This document shows, in pieces, positions 1-13,700 of a DNA stretch of 64,000 bases. Under the pieces are notes generated by a model. The model ran no database searches. It had not been told where the DNA came from and saw only the letters and a program-made list of their open reading frames with translations. The position numbers and the translations under genes were made by a program. Each line of letters opens with the position of its first letter. Position 1 is the stretch's first letter. The stretch is from Promethearchaeota archaeon (GTDB taxonomy: Archaea; Asgardarchaeota; Lokiarchaeia; Sigyniarchaeales; SOKP01): assembly GCA_019058365.1 (NCBI GenBank), contig JAHPZE010000022.1, positions 8,750-72,749 on the forward strand, written 5' to 3'.

Positions 1-2
1 CG

Positions 3-1760
3 TCATTTAAATCCACAAATCAGTTTGCTGGTAACTTTGATTTTGCCTCATTACCACAAGATACCTACACTATCATTTTTGAGTTTTATGACATCTCTGG
101 AGTTACTTCTACATTTGAATTAAATGAGAGTATTTTTATTGATTTTGAAGGGCCTTATATCTACAATCAATTTCCAGGATCTTCTACTTCCATAAATCCT
201 GATTCTGATTCCATCTCATTCATTATAAATGATATGTCCCCTATTGTAGATTATTACTTTAATAATTCCATTAATGGATTTTGGCAAGTAATCGGAGATA
301 CTTACACCTTTTATTTCAATGATACTTCAATATCAGAGGGACTAAATTCAATTCTCTTTAATTGTGAAGATTCTCTTGGATATACATCTACAAGTTATTT
401 TACTTTACTTATTGATAGAACCGCTCCTGACATCACCTTACTCTCAAAGAACTTTGATGAAATCATTACTAAATTATGTTCCTTTGATGTTCTCATTGAT
501 GATAACTCCAATTATGACATATCCTTGAAGGTTGTAGATTCCAATACTAGTGTTGTGTTTAATAATTTAGAATTCATTACGATAGAGAATCCTTCAGATA
601 CATGGCAAATTCTTTTTGATACAGGACAACTCCCAGATGGTTATTATGACATTTACATATGTGTTACCGATTCTGTAGGGAATTATGCTGAATTACTTAT
701 TGATCCCTATTTTGATAACACTCCACCCATAATTGATACACTCATAGAACAAATCTCTGTGGATGATCAAAATATCTATAATAATACTATTACTGATTCT
801 CTCTATTTCAATGACGAAGAATATCTCTATTTATCCGCTTCTGATATTACTTCAGATGGTTTTGATTGGGGTAGCATTAGCCCGCTATTAGGAGACCAAA
901 GAGGTGTTCAAAATGTTACAATGTATTATACTATCCCATTAGAATGGTATCCCCTCTCAATCTCAGGGAGTTTGGATTATGAGACACTAATTTATGAAAT
1001 TACGGGTTATGGAGATCCATTGAAGGGCGATCTGACCAAAATCAAGTCCATTCAGAACTTGAAAATAGGAGGATATACTGTTGATAAATTCAATATTATT
1101 TTGGATGGTACTTCTTTATTGCTCTCTATTGATCCTCAATATCGATACTTATTATCCTCAGCTTTTACAGACCAGATTTACGCTCAGTTCTTTGAAGCGG
1201 TTGCTGATCCAATTAACTTATCATATAATAGTAATACTCAAAATTGGGAATTAATATCTTTAGAAAGAAATTACTTTAACATTTCAGATTATTTGTCTCT
1301 TACTGAGGGAAACCAATTTCTTCTTTGGTTCGAATTAAAAGATGGGTTAGAAAACGAGTTAATTTCTCGTAAATATAATGGCTTTTATGATAATTATATA
1401 GGACAAGATCCTCAAGGAGCAGAATCATTTTCATGGTATTTGGGGGCTAATTCGAGTGGAGCAGGAATTATTATTTTTGGCTCGGATAATTATCCTGATT
1501 CCACGATTCAATTCAATATCTCTTCCATAGAGCTAACTGCTTTAGGAGAACAAGATATCCATCGCATAATGATTTATGGTTCAGTTGATTCACAAAATTG
1601 GATCTATATTGGAAGAGCGTATTATTCTGGTGAGGAAAATTTATGGAATTACTTCTGGGACGGGGATCGATTGGATCCAGTACCACCTCAAAATTATAAC
1701 CTTAAAGGTCTTTTATTTGATATAGCGGGAAATTATCTTACCCAAACTCATTCAATTAAG
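3..1760 (+). other. Tandem Ig-like (Big-type) domains within the giant protein
   Basis: Recurrent Ig-like signatures: IDRTAPDI, DTGQLPDGYYDIYICVTDSVGN, FDNTPPII, NYNLKGLLFDIAGN. Confidence 0.65.
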
Positions 1761-4700
1761 ATTTATGATTATACCCAGATTAATTTGATTACAGATTTAG
1801 TGTTTGGGTCGGTATTTGAATTCAATTATACCGCCTATTCAAATATTCAAAATATCGGAGGTATGATTGAAAATTATTTTGGCTCCAATAATATATGGGA
1901 TGTAATTGCTCAGTTTTATTCACCATCGGAACACACATGGATCCCACTTTTTACAAATCCAACCACAATTCATACCAACGGTTCATATGAAATAACATGG
2001 GACATTTCCCAAGATCACGGTTTTCTAGATAATATGTACAACTTTTCTTATGGTTATTTGCCATTACAAGTCGCTTCTGCTACATCTTCTGATTTGTGGG
2101 GATCATGGGGCACTTTTGGAGATACAATCTGGAAGCCCATAATTATTTCAGATGCAAATGGTAATATCAATATTACTATATACCTATTTAATAATGAGAC
2201 AGGATGGACCGTTGATAGCTCTTTAAGTTCTGAAATAACGATTCCTAACCTTAGCAATCAGGTATTTAAATTATTTGATATCAATAAAGATAACTCTTAT
2301 GAAATTCTTAGAGTCTCTCCTGCTCAAATTGACGTGTTGTTCCTCAATCAGACCACTTCTCAATGGGAAGTACAATTAGATGTTACACACCTTTCAGGCT
2401 ATGAATACCAAGCATTTGATATCTCATACGATAGAAGTTCCTCAGATACGTTTTTATTCGTTACTCAAAAAGAGACCAGTTCAAATCATTTATCCCTCTG
2501 GAAATATCAATTTACTAATCAGTATAGCCTTACCCTCATAAAATCTGTGGAATGCCCCGAAAATTTCGAACCTTATGCTATAAAATACAGTAATTATTTC
2601 TCTGGTTCTGACCGAAAAGCTCTAATTGTAGGGGGCTTGATTACAGACTCATACTATTCACAACTCATCGAATTTGATTCGAATCTGAACGTGAAAAATA
2701 TCATTATTGATGCCATTCTGGGAAAGATATCTCTCATTGAATATGATGATATCGGAGGGCTTGATACGATTGTACTAGGAGTGAAGAGAGTGCTCATAGG
2801 GAAAATGGATGCGGTTATCACTCTACATAGGACATCCGGAACAGAAGAGTGGGTTGAATTTGAATTATCTAATTTCGATGAAGTTAGGTTTGAAATTTTT
2901 GATCTTTTAACAATTTCTGAAGATTGTATGAAAAAATTAATTATCTCATCTAATACAGGGCTTTTTGAGACGAAAATTACCTCATTTAAAGATGAATTAT
3001 CAATAACCAGTCCTATATGTTTTTATTCTGAAACATTTACTATAGGAGAGTTAGCCCCCAGTTATTATCCTGAAATTATACCAGAAAAGACTCCTTTAAG
3101 TGCCGTCAATAAAATTACCTATAAACTCTCAAGCAGTAGTGAATGGAAGGTATTAAGTCTTAATAAATATCTAGCTTCTCCATATAAGGTAAAGATGGAT
3201 TTAACTTCTATATGGACTAATTTAGAATATGTGAAAATCGCATACTCGTTCAAATCATTTGTCGCAACGGTTCGAACTTCCGTTGATCCTTCATTTAACA
3301 ATAAAACAGGAGCCTCAGATACGCAATACATATCAGCTTCGGGCACCTTTTTCGATAACCTCCCCTTAAACTTCCAATGGTTAAACCCGGCAACAAGATA
3401 TATCGACCCTTATGCCAACTGGATTACTTTACCAAGCTCACTTTCCTATCAGTATCAACCGGTAATTTCTGGATTAGGAAATACCGTATTTTATCCCGAA
3501 GTGTATTATGGAGCGGATAATGGATATCTCCTTGCTCCCGAATTAGAGAATTATTTAATAGATTATGGAGATTCGTATGATTCAGGACAGCTATCGCAAT
3601 ATCTAAGCGGACAAGACGATTATTATACTAATATGTTTGACGGTAATTTCGAAGGGAATTATATAGATTATGTAGCTATGTCCAATCCTTACATTTCAGA
3701 CAATTACAACTTTGCTGATATGTATTATCCTGAAATTCAAGGCTCCGAAGGGGTTTATAATTCTTATGGTGATGGTCAATACGTCCTTGTGCGTAATAAC
3801 CTTATAGACCTTGAACCATATAACTCTAGTGTCAGTATCATATATGATTCTGGAACTCTTCCTGTGGAACTCACAGCTCATTATTTACGAGAGTTAAAAG
3901 ATGATGAGCCAGACTCTGATTATACTTATGGAACAGAAGGTGTTGAAGATGAAGAAAATTCTCATACAGACAATATGAGCTATTATGAGATGCAAACGCT
4001 AGGAGAGTATTTCCATCAACTTGAAGAATATAGAGAGCTTTTGTATGTAAATCTAGAAACTGATATTGAATATGATGGAGGGGATTATTATATTTCTTGT
4101 CATATTGAAACTACTGACGGTGCAATAGGGAGGTTATATATAAATGATCAAGTTGTTGCTTCTGGGACAATTATTGATATTTATCAAAAATTTTATGAGG
4201 GAATAAACAAAATTAATTTTGGTATTAATGAGCCAAACCTTCCAGGACCGGAATGTTACATTGCTAAATTATATTATTTCCAAGTGGCAGAAATTGATTC
4301 TAATAATCCTTCCATACAAGGCGCTCCAATAGAAGAAATAGAGGAAGTCTTGCTTGACTGGGAGCAATATATTAGCACAGCTAAGGAAGAGGATGGAGAA
4401 TTTGGATTCGAATTTACATACCAATTACCCGTGGTAGGCAAAAATACCCTCGATTCAATTCAATTAGCGTATGATGCCTCAATATCATCTACTGGCTTTT
4501 CTACTGAATATCCTCTCTCCATTCAATTCTGGAACTTTAAATTGAACAGATGGGAGAGTGTTCCGATGGCTCCTCTTGACGGAAATGACGAGCTAACTAA
4601 TCTTGATTATGACTTCTGGAGATATGGCTCTGAGACCTCTGGATATACTGATCGGTTCCGGCCAACGTGGAGTACGCTAGATTTAAATTCTACTAACACA

Positions 4701-7700
4701 ATTTCATATGGTGATACCTTTCCTAATACTCAGAGTGATAAACTAGTAATTGACGATACTATAAAAGATGGCGCAAGTTTTCTTTATAACAGTGATACTG
4801 GTCGTACTCATAATAGTGAATACTCTGACGATTTTAAATTTTTGACCTTTGATCCTGATTTCAATACCAATAAATTTCAGTTTGAGAATCTAATATTTGA
4901 TGTAAACCATTTTTGTACATATACGGAATCATCATTTCCGGGATATCATTCAGATCAAGCTTTTACACCTGTTGATTTTTATGATTTTGTCAATGATTTG
5001 AGCGAAATAAAAATTCGTATCCTTACAGAAAGAGAGCAATCTCAAGAAGCGAAAGCGTACCTGTGTATAGGAAATTTCAATACCTATGTAAATACGACAA
5101 CTAATTATCTTAATTATGACGAGTTTGAGGCAACAGTGAACGGCGTAAGTGATAAGCTTGATTTTACAGAGGATGGACTCGAATTATACGGCAATAGTGG
5201 AATTAGCATGAAGGAACCAGAACAAGTAATGAAATTTCGAGATTATTTTGCGAGGTCTAAATGGGAACTTTCGGGAACAGATGAGTATACCTTCGCATTT
5301 TCAGAGGATCTTGAGGGGTCTGCGGTTGCTCGTTCTTTGTACCCTAGTAGCAACTTTCCAAACTCAGATTTAACAACATATAATATACAAGACTCAGTAG
5401 TAGATTGGGGTGCTTTTTATATTGCACAAATAGGATCATATAAATCAGGCTCAATGATGGATACCCATACTGATAATGGTAATTCAATAAAATTTGATAC
5501 ATCAACAACAGGTGAAGCAAAAGTACGTTTCTACCAATATTTCGGGGGCTTTGAACCGAGCGGAAAGATGTTTGATGTGTATTTTGATATTCATACGACT
5601 GGGTTCAGTTCGATAGAATTATATACTGATAATCAAATAATTGCCTCAGACCTTTGGTGTTCTTCCCTTTCCGGTTCTGTGCGTATCGAGAATCCTGGGG
5701 GTACCAATATTTATGTAGAGACCAATTCATGGTATCCTCAAACATTGGAAATTGATTGGCTTGAAGTTTGGAATGTTGGGGAGCAATATGAATCATTTAT
5801 AGAACTCAATGAATTAGAGACATATTTCGGCAATAATGAATCAGACACTCATGAACTTCAGATTACACGTGATGATGTTATTTATGGAGATCTAACTTAT
5901 CTTTATATATACTCTACAAGCAGTTTTAGTAGTGAAGAATTAACATGGAATAACAGACCGAATCAAAATGATCTTGTTTCTCAACAAAAAGTAGATTCTT
6001 ACACACCTTTTACATTTAGCCTTGATTTAGGATCTACAATTGATTCCAGTCAATGGTTTAAAATAGATACGTCTGCCGGAGGATTGGATTATTGGGATCC
6101 TTTAGTATTATACGAAGTTTCGAAGAAAGGTCAACAAGGCGGGCTTTTATATATGCAAACCAACGAGACAGAAGATCTTATGCTCAAAAGCTCTGTATAT
6201 GCCCAGAATACAACGATCTTGCCAAATGATCAGCTTATTATTGACTACAAAACCACGACCTCTCATGAAATAACTTTAACATTATATAGTGATGGGGAAA
6301 TTACTAAAACATTTACCGTAATTGATTCGGGAAATCAAGATTTTTCTAACCAAATTATAACATTAACAACAGAGGAAGAAGTACAGTTTGATCAATTATC
6401 ATTTTCAGGTACGCTGGATGGAGGTCAATATTTCTCCGTTAATGATATTTCTGTTCATGGGGGACCTGCAATTGTGGATACTAAACTTTCATCCTATAAC
6501 TTTAATATTGATGCTCACAAACCTTATCTCCAACCAAGTACTGCGCAAGCTCTTACTAGCCCTATTTTTGCCTATGCTACCGATGAAGATTATTATACAA
6601 TTTTCTCAGGGAGAGAAAATAATATACCAAAAATTGAAATAGAATTTGAATTTACTTTTCCCCTATCAGATTTGGAAAATATGGATGATATGGAAATTAA
6701 GTTAGTGGCTATAGGAGAAGACATTTCTTTAGCTGATGGCACGTTTGAGCTGAAGAATTTTTCAAATGATGGAACTATTCCACTCAGTTTTGTTCAAGAC
6801 GGTGATGAATATACATTTTCTATTTCAGAAGATATATGGGAATTTTTGGTAAATGAAAATAATAATGGTGAATTAGAGTACACCATCGCATTTCGAATTT
6901 TATTGAGTAATATTAATGATTTTGTTCTTCGTATTGATAGTGTTAATGTAAACACATATCAAGAGTGGTCGATAGAGCATGATATCTATCGTGCTGCGTT
7001 TACATTTGAAGTTATAGGAGATCCAACAACAGGGAATATTACATGCGCTGTAAATGATGAGATTTCTTTTATTATAAATGCAACCGATCCCAATCTAGAT
7101 AAAGGTCCTAATAATGAAAATTTTGTATCGTTTTATTATGATTATTCTGGTGAGCAATGGTATGGCTTCTTAAATGATGACACTACCAATCGAATAAACG
7201 TGACTACCACGGAAGTTTCTTCGCAATTGAAGATTGGCACCAATTTTACCAATACAGATGAAGGTATCATCCTTAAACTGATTGAATCACAATATTATAA
7301 ACGAGTTCGTGATGGTGTTGATTTTGAGAAGTATAAAGCACTAATTACATCATATGCATTAGAATATGCCCACGTGGACGAGTACAGCACAGATTTCTTG
7401 GATTCATTTCTTACTCCAGAGAACGTATTTAGGCAAGTCTCGGCTGATATTGATGTTATTTATTCATTCCACGACGAGATGGTGCCTGATAATATTTTTA
7501 GCGTAAGTTTAAATCCAACTCTCACTTCGGATTATAGCGATAATTTAAACACATTTATCTATAATGAGACAGGAATTATAGCCGATTTTATTTCTAATTA
7601 TAATGATAGTTATACTATTTCTTCCATTTATGGGGATAGTCAACTTATATCTGGATCTCTTGAGAATCTTAATGATGAAAATGCAAATTATGCAAATTTT

Positions 7701-10700
7701 AGAACAACGTGGACATCCGCGCGATATGATTATAGTGAATTTATTTTCCCTCTTGGCGGATCGCTCGACTATTCGAGTAATCCATCAGGCTGGGATAAAG
7801 ATGATGATGGTTCTAAAAAAGTTTATAGTGCTAGCAATGAAGGGCATGACGATTTATTGATCCAAAATCCTTATTACATTTTCGATAACCCCAGTGGAGA
7901 TGCTGAAGTTGAAATTAAATTAAAATGGACATATTCAGAACTGGTTATTTCTGGTAGCTGTAAATTATACATTATGGATTGGATCGGAACCGGCTCACCT
8001 GAGGATCCTGAACCCTTATATGAACAACTAGGAGATGCCTTTACGTATGGTCAGTGGCATTCGCAGACACTTCAGATTTCTTCTGAGCATACGTATTATC
8101 CTGGAGTAGGGAATCAAATACAGCTTATGATTGAAACGAATACAGGAGACCCCATAGATAAAGAGCCAGATGTTACTGTAGAAATTGAATATTTATATGT
8201 GGATTTTAAAGACAATTATGATACCTCGTTTGTAGGTTTTAACTTTTATGATAGTATTTTAAATGGGCAAAATACATTCATTTTAGAGTTTAACGGAAAG
8301 ACGGATTCTTCGAGTTTTACTTCTGAACTTTTAGTTGATGATGTATCTGTTCTTTCCTTCAGTAATACATTCTCTTCCCTTGATAAAATATGTTATAATG
8401 TTGATTCAATAAAGGTGTGGATTGCTGATGATGGAGATTTTTATCCTGAAGGCAGGCAATTAATATTGGATTATTTAGTGTTAAAATGGCTCGACCAAGA
8501 TGTGGATTATCATATCAAAAACGATAAGCAGATTGTCATTAATCAAACATTATCAAAAAATAATTATCGCCAAGATTCTACAGGATTTTACGATGATCCT
8601 TTCTTTTCCAAGAATACGCTTCATTACACTCTTAAGAATTCCCTTCAGACACCCATTTCTAACCGTTCTGATGTTCAATTCTCCGTAGATCTCGCCCTCA
8701 CCGATATAGATTTTGATTTTGAGGTGTATCCCGAAGTTGATCCTCAGAGTTTTGTTCTGGAAGACACTAATATTGAGGGAAAGAATTACAATTCAACACT
8801 GCTGCAAAACTATACGATATTCGCATCCAGCAGATTTAAAGATAGTGCTATAAAAAATATCCAGATTCCCTTAGTTTCTTTCTTTGACTTGGATTTTGAA
8901 GATATGAACTTTGATGATTTCGAGCAAATAGAATTAGAACTTGCATTAGATATGAACCTTTTGCTCAAAAATAGAAAAACTGATTCTGATTGGTCTTTAC
9001 GATTGAGATTAATATACTATAATTATACTTCTTTACAATGGGAAGATTTTAACGGTATGTTGAGAGCAGAGAATAAGGGGGTAGAGAACACGGTATGGAA
9101 CCCTGATTTACAAGATAATCATATTGTCTATTTGCAAAATCTAGCTGAGGATTATTTTATTCCAATATCAGATACGAATAATATTCATATTAAAAATCCG
9201 ATTACCATCAAAAGTATTAGTAACCATACCATTTACGATGGTATAATGAAATTTGCTTTAATTTCATACATCTTACCTTCAAATTATTCTATTGAACCTG
9301 ATGCTCCAGAAAATTATTTTACCTATGAACGAGAAAATCCACAAATCCCGATTGAAATTTCTCAAGACGTTACAGTGCTAGAGTCTATTATAATAGGTGA
9401 ATCGAGAGAAATTATGTTCCCTGAATCTTCCATAGTAGCAAATCTCCCATTAGATGCCAATTTTAGAGCTAATTTGACTCAAATTGAAGACCTTGGAGAG
9501 ATCATTGCTGTTCGAGGGATTTATGTCGATCCCTATGGTACTAAATACAAATATCCGATTGATTATTATTGGACTACGACATCTAATGAACTTGCGTTTA
9601 ATTCCCCCCAGAAATATACCTTTACCAGCGTTCAGATTGAATATATCCCCCAAATTGCCTTATCTTATAATGAATATGATGGATATTGGTACTTACCCGA
9701 ATTTTATTTTGCTCATGGAGATAATTTTACTCAGCCATTTTTTGTAAGTGATCTATACGTGGATGGCAGTCCCTATGGAACATTCATACATCCTGATGTA
9801 GATGTCGGATATACGTTAGATACAAATGAATACGGAACATATGTTAACTTTAATGAGACTATTACGCCCCCTTCTATTGTTTATGGATCAATTCATTTTG
9901 CTAAAATAAATGATACATATTTATATACTTTTGATTTAGGAGATGAACTTTTATATAAATACGATATATTGAATGATGGAACTGAATATGTTGGTGGAAC
10001 ACTTCATTTAGATCTCAATGTTGGATTTAAAGATGTTATTTATTCAGAATTAACCCAAGTGTTATGTGATAGTTATACCCTAGATATCGAGTTATTTAGA
10101 ATGTATACGGATAATGACGATGAGATTACCTTACATCGGATAGGGAAAACAACAATCCCGCTCGATACCACTCTTTTAGGATATCATGAATACACTTTTG
10201 ATATATCATTAAGCGATTTCTTCAATTATCCTGAAGATCAAGAAGAATTTATAAGAGCTATTACCCGAGGGACCTCAAATGACCTTTATGTAGTGATAAA
10301 TAGTTCAATCGTGAACTGTTATGTTGATGGGAACCTATTTAAAGGAATGTACGCCCATCAGCTTACTTCAGCAAATATGGAAATTCAAACTGCACAATCT
10401 CAATTAGTATTTAACGATGATGATGTTGATATACCTTACATTCCAATCTCCCAAAATGATGTTGTATTAACAAAAGTAGCTCCTGGAAGCTATTTATTCG
10501 ACTCAAGTGCTTTATCATATGATTTTAATTTTATCTTAGATGAACTTCACACCGATACTACTATATTGTGTAATAATACTGATTATACATTCGATTCTGA
10601 GTCAAAAACGATTACTTTACTCGGAATTTATCGTGATTATGCAGGATATTTGCTTGCAGATATTACATATAAAGCATTTGAATGGCAAAGTGGAAGTGTA

Positions 10701-13700
10701 TCCACTTTAGAACCAATAACGGTCTCGTTTTCCCATGACTATGTGAATAGTATCACGAAATATTTAGAATTATCGCTTCAATTTGATCAAGATGGCATTC
10801 CAGGAGTAGAACTTGAAAGAATTGATGAGAATTCGGGAAGAGTGGTATTGGCTTCTGAGAAAAAAGCCCCATCTCTTCTTAATATCTATATGTATAATTT
10901 TATTACTAATACGTGGGAATGTATTGATTTTGTTACCTACGACGATTACAGTGGAACTAATACCTTTTCTTATGTAGTTGATCGAAATTTCATTACATTT
11001 GAAAATTTTTTCAATTCAACTGTAACAGACGAGTTTGAAGCCAAATTTATGTTTTCTATAGATGAGGATATGGGAGAGAGCTTTACCTCTCATGCAACCT
11101 TTAATATAATTTCTATTGAAGCTAATCTCTATTATGATACTCCTGATTCTGAACACTCCATTAACCCTGCTGTTGAATTTGATGTAGATTTGACTGACTA
11201 TCTTACAAATAATGAGATTTATGTAGAAGAAATATCTTTGGATCTGAGTTATGAGAGCGATATTGAGTTTGATTGCGCCTTTTTATTTGCCCAATACCTT
11301 CTTTTGGAAGAAAACTATAATCTATACATTATGAATAAGTATCTTGAATTTGAGGAAATTGAGTTTGAAGACGACTCTATCACCCTTTCTCGAGAAGACA
11401 TTTATCAATATATATTCTTTGATATGGAAAATGAAAGATATTACCTTACACTAATGTTAGAATATGATTGGAATTGCATTCTTGAGATGAATTTAGGGAG
11501 TGATTCCAAGCTTGAAGTTATTTCCACCTTAAATTTACTCAAATATGACCTTTCTGTGTCATACACGCTATATGAAACTACGCGTATTTCTGCCTGTGAA
11601 ATTAATGTTCCATATCAACTTATGGCAATTTATGCTCCCAATTATATACAAGATGAAGATTCCATTTATGTATCACCTGACAATGATGAGATAATTGATA
11701 TTGGAATATTCGGAGGATTTTTACGAAATACCAATACAAAACAAAGGCTTATGCTCCGACAACAATTATTTTATAATTTTACAGAAAGCCAAACAGGATG
11801 GTCTAATATCCTTTTAGATCAAGAGTATTCCGATGTAATATTACGATTTACTGTACCATTTGGCTATTTACAGTCTCCTAATACCTATTTAACTAATACC
11901 ACTACATTTATATTTAAAACTGATCCGGATGTTGTTGCGGTGGAAATGTATTATAATAATGGTGAGCAATATATTAAAATTGGGGATATGGAAACAGATT
12001 CACTTGACTCTACTCTATTTTCTTATATATGGACCGATATTATTGGCGATACAGGAGCTTCAACATTAGATCCTATTTATATGATGTTTAATATAACTGA
12101 CTTATTTGGACAACATGCCAAGTATTATTATAGCAGAGTTGCCGAATTTGATATTCCCGCTCCTACGATTAGTATAGGCGATGGGACAAAAGATTATCAG
12201 AATCAATATATCGCCGATCCAGACACTCCTATTACTTTTAATCATAACGAGGAATATTTTCAATCCTATAACCCTCTCTATGTTTATCCGACTCAGCCTG
12301 GTGATTTTTATAATATTTATGGCTCAAGTAATTGGAATGGAAATCTCTACACTTACGATGACGATTCATTTACAACTTTTACTTCTGATGCTGTAACATT
12401 TGATTATGATTATGAAAGTGGAGATTCATACTATTATGAGAAATGGAATGAAGGCTTCTCCGCTGAAGACCATATGACTCATGAATATTATCCCGACGAT
12501 CATAGTTCTTCTTATTCGGTTGAAGGAAATTTATATATGGAGAATAATTTTCCTTACGAATATTACCAAGAAGACTACTCAGGGTGGAATTTAAATTATA
12601 ATTCAACTGATACAACTTCTTCTTTCAGTAATGGTGATCTAAGTTCTGAAATTAATAGTGATATCACTTCTAATACTCCTATTCAAGCACAGATTCCTAC
12701 TGGAGATTTCGATATGATTAATGGTACATCCAATTGGGCGGGAGATCTTGCTGTTGCAAATGGTGCTTCATATACTACATTTACTTCTGCATCTAATGTC
12801 ACCGAAGGGTGTTATCCCGCGACATATTCTTTTGAAGGCGAAATAGATGGAACAACTGGGACAGACATAGATTTCATAGACTATGTATCAACTTACGGTA
12901 CTTGTAGGATCGACGCTTCTTATGGTGGTCATAATAAGGTACTCTACGTAAAAGATTCATCATTTAGCGCAGGATTGCAATTTCACCATTATTTAGATAC
13001 TTCGAGAACAACTGGAACTGTGGAATATTGGTTCGCAATGACAGATTTATATTATGGTAACAATGATTATGTAACTTTCTATAGTTTGGATAATAATGGT
13101 CATGCTGGGTTTACTATAGCTGCAACAGATGGATTGTTTATTGATGCTCAGTCGAATACTGCTTCTATGGTATATAATACATGGTATCATATTCGAATAG
13201 ATTTTAATTGTACCGCGGGAACATACGGACAGTATGATTGGTACTTAAACGGAATTTTACAATATTCTAACGTTGAGATGGGTGATAGCTCTACAAATGT
13301 TGAGAAATTGGTTATTCGTGGGACTTCAGCGCCTCAATCTGAATCTTACTTTGATGCATTTGGATTTTCATGGGATGCTAACTATATTCGCGGTGATAAT
13401 TGCTATTGTTATAATTATGAAGACGTTACATCTGATTTTGAAAGCGAAGACACATATACAGTAGGTACTGATATCGGTTTTATAGATTCTAAGACTATTG
13501 GTATGCTTGCGGGAATAAAACCAAGTTTCGATGAACATAAAAAAGTCCTCCATCTTATAACTGCTCTCAATTTACATCAAGCAAATAATTATTTCTCTTC
13601 TGCCCAAACCTCAGGTACGGTCGAATTCTATATTAAGTTGGCAGGAACAGGCGTTAATAAATATATCGAAATATATCATGATATTAACAATAGACTTACG

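Noticed and set aside
234-236. ATG 234 as the start of the giant protein
   Set aside because: The frame is open and protein-like back to base 3, and no signal peptide follows this Met.
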